The notes: generated from the sequence alone by a model not told the origin. DNA of 63,834 nt, filler included, from Globobulimina sp. (GCA_003354225.1; 36 parts of 36 records of this genome joined end to end with filler, not necessarily neighbours in it); one strand, 5' to 3'; positions 1-12,589 are shown, numbered from the whole stretch's first letter. Numbers and translations are program-made.

Positions 1-1277
1 ATTTTTAATAGATAAATTATGGTCTGTATCTTTCGCACGATGTTATCCACTTCGGGCGAGTATATTGCATAGCTTACTCGCACATTACGTAAATTTAGGA
101 TGGCTGTGTGGAATTGCATTTTGGGCTAGTACGGTTTTTCAGAAAGGATATGTTCAACTGTTTAAATGCCGTGCTGACGAACAGCATTACTAAACAAAAG
201 TATCGATGGCTACTTTAATGAGCAATATCAAAGCAGAGAAACTGTGACAAATAATGGGCAGAAATTTAAACCATTCAAAATTAAAAAACCGAAAATGTCC
301 GGACTTAAATTTCCTTTTGCTGCCAATGCTATCAATGAGAATGAAGAAATACATGCATATGTGCAGAGCGTAAATAAAGGGTTTGAGCATTTTCACAACC
401 GTCAGATTCTCAGCTTTGCAATGATGGTCATACCATTGTTCACAGACAAGTATTTCATGTTGTGCGTTGTGTTTGTTTTGGTAGTCTGTGTATTGTTGGC
501 TGTGTTTGGGCTCGGGAGTGTGAGGGAGTGTGGGCGGAGGGGGTATGCCCTGTGAGGATAGGTAGTTTTGGCCTGTGTTTGGGTTGATTTTGAAGTTGAG
601 ATGCGAGTGAGACTGGCTTTGTCTGTGGTATGAGGCGTCAGAATAGGCGGAGTGACCGCCATTTGAAACAAAAGTTATGCCATTCGAAAGCTGTGATTAA
701 ATGGCGGGATATTCTGTAATCAAATGATCATATTTTTTGCATGCTTTTTGCGAAAACATATATTCTGTAATCAAATGATTTCTTTGCAACATATATTCAT
801 TGAATGCTTTTTGCGAAAAGTCTGGTTTGAAGAATATAGTTTTAGGATGTGAGTTTGACGCATAGTAATTGAAAATATCAACGCAATGAATACTTTGCCC
901 TGCAAGGCTGAGCTTATTTGTTTCAATGATTTGTACCCTCGTAAATGCAGTGAGGAATGGATTATGTTTTCGTTATATGTTTTCATACTTTCGACGAATG
1001 TCTCGTATGCATTGAGAGTTGAATGCGAGTGTTGCTTTCGAAATAACATTTCTGTAGGGTTATTCCGTTTTAGTTTTTTCGTTCTAACTGAAGAAGAGTC
1101 TGAGGAAATTAGTAATAGAGGGACAGATGGTCGAGTGAGAGGGCGAGGTAGAGGCAGAGGAAGAGGAAAAGGCAAAGGCAAAGGCAAAGGCTTGTTTCAA
1201 TCTTTCACATAATCGTTGACAACCAGTCTGTTCTCCTTGTTTCACAATGACGAAATCAAATGTTTGGGAAACAACTT

Positions 1278-1677
1278 CTGCATTGTCCTGTGTCATCCAT
1301 TCGGCAGGAATAACAGCATTATTAAAATATTTGAAATCGTTTTTTGAAGATTGAAAAACAAAGCGTGTATTTGAGATCAGCTTTTCTGTTCGAAGATTTA
1401 ATGCTGCCGTGGTGATATAAGTGTGGAAGCTTCCGAGCATTTGCGAAATATCAAGTAAAGGTTTAGGTGTATTAGGGTTGTTTCCGAGTTCAATACTTCC
1501 GCCCAGTGCACCTGAAGTTGATTCGAGTGAACTGCCGCCATAATGAAGCTTTGCTTTGTCGAAGAATGCATTCGGAACAAGCGAAAGATCCACCTGTCCC
1601 AACATGGGTGAGTTGATTTGAAAACCATTCCACAACACTTGTGTATGTGAGGCTGCTGTCCCTCTAAACGATGCAGT
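1278..1677 (-). CDS. Bacterial TonB-dependent receptor, plug-domain fragment (Bacteroidetes-like), truncated by a junction
   Basis: Open from contig end: TASFRGTAASHTQVLWNGFQINSPMLGQVDLSLVP...GGSS...GALGGSIEL, the typical plug signature; similarity lost after about QDNA (left boundary approximate). Confidence 0.85.
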
Positions 1678-1777
1678 NNNNNNNNNNNNNNNNNNNNNNN
1701 NNNNNNNNNNNNNNNNNNNNNTTAATTAATTAANNNNNNNNNNNNNNNNNNNNNNNNNNNNNNNNNNNNNNNNNNNN
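1678..1777. other. Artificial contig linker (N44-TTAATTAATTAA-N44); the same linker recurs about every 1777 bp, 35 times
   Basis: Identical 100-bp spacer with stops in all six frames; flanking contigs are 1675-1677 bp in decreasing size. Confidence 0.98.
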
Positions 1778-4112
1778 CACTAATCATATATATTAGCTAA
1801 TCATATGCATGTATATAATCCGCATTTTGTTTCCGCACTTGTAAAAACTGTTCCGCAAAATCACGACTTTGCACTTTGACTTTTCCGCAATGATTGTTCC
1901 ATAAAACATAGCAAAACTCCGCAACTATGTTCCGCAAAAATAGTGCCGCCGCCGCCGTCACAGGTAGCATGGACATTACAGCCCAAACAAGATTGGTATT
2001 CCCCATTATTTTTTCCAGCACAGTCAGTGATGCATATTTTAGATCGCATGGTTTAAAACAGGAATATTGCTAATATATGTATGTACATATGGATGTTGTT
2101 TATTGTGTAGAAAAAAAAAGAAATTACAAACAAAATATAATGTTGTAACCGCTGCTCGTTTGTATGAACATAGCAAAAAAGATAAAACATGAGATAAATG
2201 AGGTAAACATTGTGGAGTAAGTTGTTTATTTAGGAGTTTAAAAACTGCTAAATCAAGGGAAATATATTTCACTTATTTTATGCTTTGAAACTTCAAAAAC
2301 GTACATTTCTGGTGTCCTAATTTATCTGGAAAACCACCATTTCTGGTGTCCTAAAAAAATTGGAAAAATGTCACATCAACCACCGTTAGTACTGCACAGA
2401 CCAAACAAAAGACAAAGATTGGAGTTCAATGAAAGGATGGCAAGATATTCAAATTCGAGTAACAATCATAATAATAATAACAATAATAATAACAACAACA
2501 ATAACAATCATAATAGTCATATATAATAACAATTAAACATGGACAAAAACAAAGAAGGAAAAAACAATGGAACAAAAAAAGAAAGATTTGATACCACGAA
2601 TTAAAAAAGAATTGAGATATTCAACATAATGTGATATGATATTTATTGATCCACAATTGAAGTATTGGTATTGTCACTCAACTATTGTATTTTGCAGCTG
2701 CTGTCAAACCATGTGACTGTGAACTAATCATAACAAATTATATTGGGATGCTGCAGCACCGGAAAGAGGAAGAACACATTCACCACCAGCACCATGTATT
2801 GACTAATAAAAATAATTTTTCTTTTTAAAAATTGATGGGTCATTCGAGTTTTTTGCGCACTTGCGAGACTAAAAAAAACGAATCATCTAAATCAGGACAG
2901 AAAACAACAAACTCCTAATCATATTTTGAAAGCACTAAAAGTTTTATTTCGTAATTGCAGATTTTAAAATTCTGCTAAATTAATACCTAAAAACAACTAA
3001 ATAAACAGCATATTGTGGAGCAATGTCTTAATTGACTATGTCCAACTAACGGTTTTTGAAACGTTAACTTTACACTGCGATGTCTTTTAGATTGCCAATT
3101 CTAAATATGATTCTCATTATTGAATTTCATTTAGCTGTTTCTACAACTAAACAGAAATCATATTTAGAACAATCTAAATTCGAGCCTTCCCGACTTTTTT
3201 TATTTTGCACAAAAAAGCTATTAGGAGCTATTTAAATGTCCAACTCTCACATTTCCATCAAATGTTTGAATATTTTGTCTTTATACATATTTTCATAATC
3301 ATTGTCGTTCATGTTTTAGTATCCATAGACTTTTTGGATTTTGGAACTTTGCGATTCTTCTGTCCCGCTGCAGATAGAAACGTTTCTCAAGGTTTTGAGC
3401 AGGTTTTTCTGTCAATCAGCAACGCATTTGTTAACTTATAACGTTTTTGTCACCNNNNNNNNNNNNNNNNNNNNNNNNNNNNNNNNNNNNNNNNNNNNTT
3501 AATTAATTAANNNNNNNNNNNNNNNNNNNNNNNNNNNNNNNNNNNNNNNNNNNNTATGAAACTATTATGACATTGATTACTTTAGACATTTTTGCTTTAT
3601 CGTAAAAATCTGTTTTTAAACAGAAAAAATCAGTTTTTTCCCTTAGAAAATAGATTTTCACGATAAAGCAAAAATGCCTTTTGAAATTAATATATTGCGG
3701 CGAGAAAATTCGAGAAAATATTGTATGATGATCCTTGCGCATATCATGCATAAGATTCTCTTATGTTACAACTTTCCTCTTTTGATTTTTGTCCCTTTTT
3801 TCTTTGCTCTCGCTTTCTTTTTCCCTTTGAGTTTAGACTTTGTGAACCAAGTATCAAAATCTATTGAATCATCCATGGTTCCAAATAATGACCAGATCCA
3901 AGTTAAAGGTGAAACATTCAACATATTATTATTTATATTCCAATCATAGTTAAATTTATGTAACGTAGAAATGCTTGGCGATATATTGCTACATAAATTA
4001 CGTGATATTTGACAATGGAGATGTGAATCAATATTTTTTGCATATTTTGCCGTTCGTTGAATACATCGCATCATCTTAAAAAAAACCTGCAAAAACTTGT
4101 CTTACTAATATA

Positions 4113-5231
4113 ATGCCTGGTAACTGTCATTTGTGCAAAAAAGCTGATGCAAAGGCATCTTGTGGCGGATGTAAATCAGTATTTTATTGTGATCGACAAT
4201 GCCAAGTTAAACATTGGAGTACACATAAGTTAGAATGTAAAACATTTAGATCTGCAAAAGAAGACGAAAAAAAAGAAGAAGCATTGGATATGCATGACTT
4301 CACATTTACGTTGCCGCCATTCGATGAGACATCAATCCGCATTCAACAAACAAATAATTGTGGATATGGTATGTTTGCAAACTGTGAAATTAAGAGAGGA
4401 ACAACAATCTGTAAAGAAAAAGCAATGATGGTATTACCTGAATATGCAAAACAGAAAACGACATTTTATATTAAACAGCAATTTCTATTATTATCAGAAA
4501 CGCAAAAAAATATTTATAAATCACTGTCGCGTAAATCTAACCAAAAGCAGCCATATAAGGATAATGACAACGTAACATTGTTAAATATTTTTGTAAATAA
4601 TCAAATTGTAATTAAACAGAGAAAATCATGCTGTATTTTTCCGTTAATATCGCGTGTAAACCATAGTTGTGTTAGCAATGGGCATTGGATATGGAATGAA
4701 AAAATGAACGAAGAGCGATTGATTGCTTTGAATGATATCAAGAGCGATGAAGAAATATTTGCAAATTATTGTGACGAATGGCCCAAAACCAAAGGAGAAA
4801 GAAACAAAGAATTGAAAACGAAATGGAATATTGAATGTAAATGTGAGTGGTGCTCAGATGACAGCGATATTGTAATAAACGAATATAATAAATTGGAGCA
4901 GTCATTGGAATCATTAATATCAAATCCATTGAATGGTTATAAATCGGCGCAAAAATTGGTGAAAATGGTTGAGAAACACTTTAATTCAAATGCGAATTTG
5001 CTGAATAAACATTGCTATTCGACTGCGCAGTTTGCACTGGGATTACAAAAATGGAGTGAAGCGTCATATTATTTGGAACGAGCGATAAAAGAAAAACAAA
5101 TTGCAGAAGGACTGGATATTGAAATTGACAGTGTTTTTATGGAAAAGGTGTATTTATTACCAACGAGATTTAGAAGTAGATTTAGGAAATTTGATAAAAA
5201 ATATATTAAAGAGAGAATGCACAAAAATAAT
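4113..5231 (+). CDS. MYND zinc finger + SET domain lysine methyltransferase (SMYD/SET5-like), 3' end at contig edge
   Basis: CHLC..CGGC..YC...CQVKHW..HK..C MYND; GYGMFA, RVNHSC, EEIFANY SET motifs; post-SET CKCEWC; TPR-like tail. Confidence 0.92.
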
Positions 5232-5331
5232 NNNNNNNNNNNNNNNNNNNNNNNNNNNNNNNNNNNNNNNNNNNNTTAATTAATTAANNNNNNNNNNNNN
5301 NNNNNNNNNNNNNNNNNNNNNNNNNNNNNNN

Positions 5332-5566
5332 AAATCTGACTGGTCAGAATAATATGCTGACCGCAGAGCTAAAGGGAAATTACTATAGGAATATCATATC
5401 GTATGTTGACCGGTCAGATTTGTCCCATCGATCACTGCATTTCGCTGACCAGTCAACCATCAAAATTCAGGTCATAATCTACTGACTGATTTCATTCTGA
5501 TCTGTCAGATTTATTTTCTGATCTAAAATTCTGACCTGACAGACTGTTGACCATCATTCTTGACCG
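5332..5566. repeat. Cluster of short palindromic TGAC-NN-GTCA motifs (repeat or transposon-end like)
   Basis: ctgactggtcag, ttgaccggtcag, ctgaccagtcaa, ctgatctgtcag within about 230 bp. Confidence 0.5.
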
Positions 5567-6007
5567 TACGTTTTTGTAAAATATTTTATCATTTTCTTTT
5601 AATATAATTCGTAATATGTTTATTCGAACCACAAATATTAATTTATTAAACTTCCACTCCTTTATCTCTTGTAATCGCAATGTATTTGCCCTCCACCCAA
5701 ACGATTGCCCGCTCATAGTATATGTGGCTATGGCTGTATGGCTGGATTTTGTTTGTGGCGATTCAATGCTTCTGTTAATTATTATACTTTTCCAGGGCGA
5801 GGGTAATTTTATTAATTCCAGATACACCTGAAATGAACCAATTTCTTCTTCTGTCCTTCCATTTGGGAATATAAAAATTCGCCAATTAATTTCTCCAATT
5901 TTAAAGACGTCAGACACGAAATATTGCTCGTTTGGTGAGTTAGTTATTTTTTTAATTAATGTGGGATCAGCAATGTCCCATTGATATGTTCCTTGTCTTA
6001 CTGACAT
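5492..6007 (-). CDS. MATH/TRAF domain protein, probably 3'-truncated by the repeat region
   Basis: YQWDI..FVSDVFKIGEINWRIFIFPNG..FQVYLEL..SFGW..LIFVVRINI. Confidence 0.75.
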   Translation of the reverse strand: MSVRQGTYQWDIADPTLIKKITNSPNEQYFVSDVFKIGEINWRIFIFPNGRTEEEIGSFQVYLELIKLPSPWKSIIINRSIESPQTKSSHTAIATYTMSGQSFGWRANTLRLQEIKEWKFNKLIFVVRINILRIILKENDKIFYKNVRSRMMVNSLSGQNFRSENKSDRSE

Positions 6008-6079
6008 GTTTACACTAACCGCATATTTAAATAATTCAGATTAAAATCTCACTTTCGAGTATTCTACTTAGCTCTAACC

Positions 6080-7008
6080 ATGGCGGCACTGTCAGATGAA
6101 TCAGAGACAGATGAGTCAGAATGGTCTTCAATGATCAAACGCTTCGGGTTTCTAAAGCCTTTAGCCATTGGTTGCCAATCTGTTGAACCCTGCTCGTACA
6201 ACATCCACGACAGCCAAACCAACTGCCCTTGTTTCAACCGTATTAAATATGTATTAAACTATTACGACATATGGTGTTCGAACCAATTAAGCATTGCCAA
6301 AAATACTGACAAATCCATGCATTATTACATCAATGAACACCTCCTCTGTTATAACACGACTGCTTTATTAAATGACTATAATCACATCTTAAAGTTCCAC
6401 CATTCGAACGACGAACACTTTGAAAAAATGACATCTGAATTGGACAAATGTGATATGATTGAATGTGGCAAAATGAATCGAAAAAAACAGGAACAAAAAG
6501 AGAACTTTTTAGCTGAGAAACTATGCATTGACATATTAGATCGTATCCATTGTTCGCTATGCCATTCATACGATTTATTTCGATTAACTGCTTCACAAAA
6601 ACAAAAATTGCAACAACTGAATGCCAAAAACGAGCCACGAATACTAAATTCCTCCACAATCTCTCTGATCCGCGAGATTTCCGCGCGATCCACCTTCAAT
6701 TTAGAGATTGTGAAGAACCGCGTCGAAGACGATAATAAATGCCACGACAATTACCATATCATTAAAAACAACAAATTTGTGCATTCCTCGCCAGTCATAC
6801 ATAACTTACATGAGTTAAAACAGAAATCCATTTACGAGTTCGGGCACACATTTAATTATTTCCATATTAAGCCACATTTCAAGAACTTAAAAGAGGAGTT
6901 GATCCACAACAAAATCTACAAAATATCCCTATCGCAATGGATCTGCACGTTGGAGAAGGCGTATTTGTTAAATAAGTGTGCCTCGGCCAAGAACATGTTT
7001 TATAAGAA
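6080..7008 (+). CDS. Uncharacterised eukaryotic protein, 3' partial
   Basis: Long ATG-initiated ORF running to contig end; LLNDYNHI..H, LDRIHC..CH, KPHFKNLKEEL motifs; no function recognisable. Confidence 0.65.
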
Positions 7009-7108
7009 NNNNNNNNNNNNNNNNNNNNNNNNNNNNNNNNNNNNNNNNNNNNTTAATTAATTAANNNNNNNNNNNNNNNNNNNNNNNNNNNNNNNNNNNN
7101 NNNNNNNN

Positions 7109-8785
7109 CTTTTTTGACGAATTTTTTAGCTTCCTTAAATTGTTTCATGTTAACATTATGTGAATCTTCTTCCTGTGACAATGAATCATTGTCTTTTGCC
7201 ATAAATTTGACATTTCCAGTTCCATTATTCCACATAAATACCGGTAATTGATTGGTATCACCCAATTCTTGTTGTATTTCATCAAATAATTCGCTTAACA
7301 TTTGACCTTCGCCATACTGCATCAATGATGCTTTTGTTTTTTCAACAAATTTATGGATCACAAATGAACCCCTCGTTGTCTGCATATATTTGTACATGTA
7401 CAGTATATACAAGTTATATGGGTTTCCAGCAAACCATTTTGTATAAAAAGTTATAACATACACTCATATTTGATCGAAATCCGACATTTGCTGCGTGAAT
7501 GGTGGCCAATTTATAATCGGGGTTTTTGTCACCTTTCTGCCACGATGGTTTATGTGAGGAAGCCTCCAATTGTTGCATACCATATTGTTTCCCAATCACA
7601 CTCACCACGCTGTCCACGTGTTTCCTTCTATCGTTCCCATCGCAACAATCAAACAGTACTATCCGTGGAATATTGCGCGATTCAGGATGGTCAATCGAGA
7701 ATATTCTATGAATTACATTCTTTTCAATCTTGCGATGATCGCTGGTAATAATATGGTCCTGGATGCCATGACTGGATAAAACCAAAATCAATCCATCAAA
7801 TCTGTCAATATCATCATTATACTTATCATCGCAGCTCGAAATGAGATTATATTCCAATAATTGTGCCTGTTTTTTCAACAATGCAATTAGTTCAAGCTCA
7901 GTCCAATGCGTTTTAATTTTAGTGGACTCACTGTATTGAGGATATATTTGATATCTCAATGCATCTTTGAACAAAGATAATAAATTTCTAATGTCAATAT
8001 GAACGGGTAAGTCAGTGACGAATGTATCGCCTAAAAAGTCCGACTGTTGAGGTTGCTCATCGTACTCACCAATGCCTAATAAAATAACCATGGGATTGGA
8101 CAATGGAATGATTTTATCCTTTGGTGCTTTGGCCTTTGATGTCTTACGACAACAAAAGCAAATACATACTGTGAGTATAACAAGTATTATTATGAGCGCT
8201 ACATAAAACAATGGTGTTTTAATTAGGAACAATATGCCTTCCACGAGCACTGCCATTATGTCTTTTGTGTCTCCTGTGGTTTTTGGAGGGACATCCTCTG
8301 CATTTGAGGAAACATTGGCAGTGCCGGTCTGTGTCGAATTGACTGCTTCCGTTGTATCAGAATCGTGAGCGCTTAATGTGGCAAATAAGTAGCTGGGTGC
8401 CGGCGATTGCGGTGATAATGTAGTGGCCGTGGAGTTGGTATAAGTTATATTGCTTACTTGATTCCTAATTGGTGTGTATTGAGAAGCAGCAGAATAAACT
8501 GGACAGATAGAAAAGAGTCCGCATGAATTAATATTAGTAACACCGCCAACATGTATAATAAACATCCATTCTGTGTCAGGTTGATATGTGATTGAAGCAA
8601 AAGCGTATACAGCAGTCAACATTGACTCTTTGGTACTCCATTCGTTGCGTGTGATATTATAGAAATATGCAGTACTGAATGCATCCACATATGATACCGA
8701 TGCAGCACCACCAGCTAAATAGATACCATTTGAGTTTGCATTATAAGCAAAACTACTCGTTATCGCAGCAGGTATGGCGCTGACT
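7109..8785 (-). CDS. Membrane-anchored caspase-like (peptidase C14) protein: Kelch repeats, S/T stalk, TM, p20 + p10; partial at both ends; intron 7380-7461
   Basis: IYLAGG..YNITRNEWS and IIHVGG Kelch; TM LFYVALIIILVILTVCICFCC; MVILLGIGEY, LILVLSSHG (His), PRIVLFDCCDG (Cys); GTATGT...TGCAG intron joins to TTRGSFVIHKF...LFDEIQQEL...QLP. Confidence 0.82.
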
Positions 8786-8885
8786 NNNNNNNNNNNNNNN
8801 NNNNNNNNNNNNNNNNNNNNNNNNNNNNNTTAATTAATTAANNNNNNNNNNNNNNNNNNNNNNNNNNNNNNNNNNNNNNNNNNNN

Positions 8886-10561
8886 GTCGGGGGGGGAGAT
8901 TGAAGTTCGTGGCTAGCGTCGGATAAGATAGATTTAGATATAATTTCAACACCTAGGTAACGTAAATTATTATATTTCATGTTTGTATTATTTTTTTGAA
9001 ATTTAGTTTGACCAATATCGAATGGTTTCTTATTTAATTTTTTGATTTCGAAATAGTTCTTTGACTTTTTGATAGAATTCGACGCATAATCCGTGCGCGA
9101 TTCAGGAAAACAGCGCCCAGATTTAGACGAAATTTTACCTCCGTATGTTAGCATAGGGATTAATTCGTTAGACGTATACGAATTCGTATTTGAAACATTT
9201 AGATCGGTGATAATACCATTATTCGATGTAAAGGTGGTTATTGAGTCCTTTTTGATACTTGATATATGATCTTCGTCTTCAGGTTGAACATCTGTAATTT
9301 TAGGTGTTAGACATATAACGTTTGTATCTATATTGATGGTTTGTTCGATAGTTTCGAGAGTGTTCGATATAGATGGAATTAGTGCCATTTCTATAGGCAT
9401 TTCTTCTGAGTCAATATTGGAAAATATTGGTGTTTTAGGATGGTCAATTGAATATTTAGGATATTTTGGAAAAGCTAAAGTTTGGTTAAATCTCTGATTA
9501 GGACATTTTTGTGGTTGAGTAATATTACCTGAATTTTTAATTGTTTGAATAGTTGTAGGTGGTTGTTCTACTAATGTTGGTAGTAATACAGAGGTAGATA
9601 CGAATCTTAAATCAGGTGAATTTGAGGCGACTACCGTAACGGTTTCGCCGTCATTTATTGAAGTCGAATTTTTCGAATTTTTAGAATATTTAGAATTTTG
9701 TTCGATCGAAGGGTCCGCCCACGGTATATCGGTTTCTGTTATTGATTCAATAGATAGTAGAGATGCATTAAATACTGAAATATTATGTAAATCTGGTGTT
9801 TTTGGGGAAAATACCGTAACGATTTCACCGTCGTTTTTAAAAGTTGAATTGTTAGAATTTTGATCGTCGGTCGGGACCCCCGATGAGTTTTCGGGTCCTG
9901 TTGATGATATAGTTGAGATTAATGGAGGTGCAAACGTTGCTGTAATAGTAGAAGTATATGGTATTTCGTTTAATTTATCGATACATATAGTATCAAATTT
10001 CTCGTCGATATTTTGAATGGAAGTTTGGAATTTAATGGAGGTTTCAGGGCTGAATATGGTTTCATCCTCTACCGTAGAGTGTGTTGATGATGTTGAAGTG
10101 TCCAAAAAGCTGAGGTTTAGTTTTTCAGGCACATAAGGAGTAAATTTTGGATCTACTGATTCGATAGATTTTGCAGCCAGTTTCAGCCTTTTAAGATCAT
10201 TTAGAGTTGTCGAATTCAATTTTTCTATGTTCTCAGTAGCTTTGCTGTTGTCCATAGTAATAGATGTAACAGCATTCTGCTTTATAACTTTAGAAATATT
10301 GTCATTTAGCGATTTACGCTTAGAATTAGACGATTTTTTAGAATTTTCTTCATCGACGGTCGGAATTTTTTGCAATTTTGCAATTTTTCGATCTTCCATA
10401 CTCTTCTTTCGTTCTTCATTTCTTTGGTTTCTTTCATCAACAACATTTTGAAATTTTGATTTAGATTTTCTTTCGTATTTTTGTCTTTCGGCCGGGGGAT
10501 TAATGTTAGTAGATAAATCTGTCGTAGAACTTGTCGGTAAAATAATATTGTTAGTATCAAT
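8886..10561 (-). CDS. Uninterrupted low-complexity S/T/N/K/I-rich ORF spanning the whole contig; function unknown
   Basis: Frame open end to end (about 558 codons); internal repeat NDGEIVTVFSPKTPDL / NDGETVTVVASNSPDL. Confidence 0.55.
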
Positions 10562-10894
10562 ANNNNNNNNNNNNNNNNNNNNNNNNNNNNNNNNNNNNNN
10601 NNNNNNTTAATTAATTAANNNNNNNNNNNNNNNNNNNNNNNNNNNNNNNNNNNNNNNNNNNNTTCAAAGTTCTAAAAGTCCTGGAATTCCTAAAAACGAC
10701 AATGATTATGAAAAGAAACTGAGCGACAATGATTTTGACAATTAGTATAACAGATTTAAATCGATATCAAATTTGTCAAATCTGGGAAAAGCCCGAAATA
10801 TGTTGTGAAGTAAAGTAAGTTTTTAAACACAAATCCTGGCATTAAAAAATATAAATTAAACACATACACATAAAAACACTAGTTTTCCCACTAC

Positions 10895-11839
10895 CTATGA
10901 TTTAAAAGAAAGCGATCGAATTGATATTATAATTTGAATTGTAAAATAGTTTAATTTTTTTAATTTTAAAGATTCAAATCTATTGTCACCAACAGCCCCT
11001 TTCCCTTTTGACTCCATAGTCTCGCCATCATAAAATTTAATTTCAGGAATACAAAACTCAAAACGAAAAGTAAATGAATTAATTGTTTTATGCGGATATG
11101 ATTCCAATTTTAATCCATATCTAAACCGTCCATCATCTTTTACTGTGTGTTGTTTACATAATGGATAAAATACAAATTTATTATCTTTTTTATTGGTTTC
11201 AATCAAATGTGAAATATTACATTTTATATCTTCGCCTTTGATTTGTTTCCCACTCCAAAACGATTCAAGTTGTTTTCCTTCAATTTTCCATTTAAAATGC
11301 GATACTTTCTGCAATCCAATATTTTTATTTACAAATTTCTCACTTAAAAACAACGAAAACGTACCAAATTTCATGTTTTTATCGTTTTTTTTATTTCTCT
11401 TAATCAACTTTGAAAACCCAGAAACCGATTTTTTTGTACTTTCTACCGGTGCTTTGATTAAACATTCTTGTAATTCAAGAATAAAAAACTGAAATTCTTC
11501 TTCATTGATCCAAATCGTATCAATATTATCACAAAAATGATTGAACAATGTTTGTAAATACGACGGTATCTTATAAGTATTCTCATTATTATTCTGCATA
11601 TAATTCGCCATCATATAAATCAATGTTTTCTCATATTTCACCTGAAATAATTGCTTATCGTGGCGAATAAATGAGCCATTGATAATCTTTTGAAACAATT
11701 TCAAACATTTTACATGATATTTGGTAGACGTTCCATTATAAATTATATTGTTAAAGGACCAGTTATTACACATAATTAACCTCTCTTCTTCCTTGGGGTA
11801 ATCGCTTAAAAACGACACATTCACAAAGACCGGACCGCG
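10895..11839 (-). CDS. C-terminal part of an AT-rich eukaryotic protein (ART-like SDYPKEEERL motif; MATH-like tail), fused in frame to the bacterial segment
   Basis: Strongly AT-rich codons, stop at 10895; composition differs sharply from 11840-12339. Confidence 0.6.
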   Translation of the reverse strand, partial: RGPVFVNVSFLSDYPKEEERLIMCNNWSFNNIIYNGTSTKYHVKCLKLFQKIINGSFIRHDKQLFQVKYEKTLIYMMANYMQNNNENTYKIPSYLQTLFNHFCDNIDTIWINEEEFQFFILELQECLIKAPVESTKKSVSGFSKLIKRNKKNDKNMKFGTFSLFLSEKFVNKNIGLQKVSHFKWKIEGKQLESFWSGKQIKGEDIKCNISHLIETNKKDNKFVFYPLCKQHTVKDDGRFRYGLKLESYPHKTINSFTFRFEFCIPEIKFYDGETMESKGKGAVGDNRFESLKLKKLNYFTIQIIISIRSLSFKS

Positions 11840-12339
11840 GCTATCCGCTTTGCCCAATGCAATAACGGGCAGGCCTAAAATCATCGTATTGGTGAGCGTT
11901 TTATCTTCATCAATAAACGCGCGTACTCGATAGTTTTCAGACGCTCTTAGCGCAACAGCCAATTGACGACCACCAGAACCCGCACCGTAGATCAGCACTT
12001 CTTGACGAATATCTTTTGACGTCGTCGCGACAAGATTGCGAACCACCAAACGAGAGCCGCCACATAACAAAGCTAAATAAGCACCGTAAATAATAGGCAC
12101 CGTACGAGGAACTGGTTCTTGCAGGTAATACGCAAAAAGAGCCAAAGATATTGCCGACAATATTGCGCCTGCCGTTACCACAAACAATGCTTGAAAGGTG
12201 AGATACCTAAGTACTGCGCGATAAAGCCCTAATTTAGTAAAAATAAGCACCGTCATTATTACTGTTAAGCCTGTCAGTAATAAGTTGTCCCCATCATTCA
12301 AAAATTCGAAATCGCCTAGCCTTGTCCACAACGCAATGT
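11840..12339 (-). CDS. Bacterial nucleoside-diphosphate sugar epimerase/dehydratase (CapD/PglF/WbfY-like), N-terminal membrane part, Gammaproteobacteria-like
   Basis: KLGLYRAVLRY, VPRTVPIIY, VLIYGAGSGGRQLA..FIDED..ILGLPV. Confidence 0.88.
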
Positions 12340-12589
12340 NNNNNNNNNNNNNNNNNNNNNNNNNNNNNNNNNNNNNNNNNNNNTTAATTAATTAANNNNN
12401 NNNNNNNNNNNNNNNNNNNNNNNNNNNNNNNNNNNNNNNTGTCATAATCTATCAATAAACTATTATTAAGATATTTATGCATTCAGGTGTACGGAGGAAT
12501 ATTATTCGATACGACAAAAAATGATTCAACAAAAAATTTTGAAGTAAATTTTTACTTATTTTTTTGTATTACATCATGGTACACATATT

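Noticed and set aside
771-1212. ORFs with GRGRGKGK / PLPLP tracts
   Set aside because: Produced by a hexamer-like simple repeat at about 1140-1191 next to a junction; no other coding support
1778-3454. Short ORFs in contig 2
   Set aside because: No recognisable domains, frequent stops and AAT/AAC microsatellite; treated as non-coding or decayed
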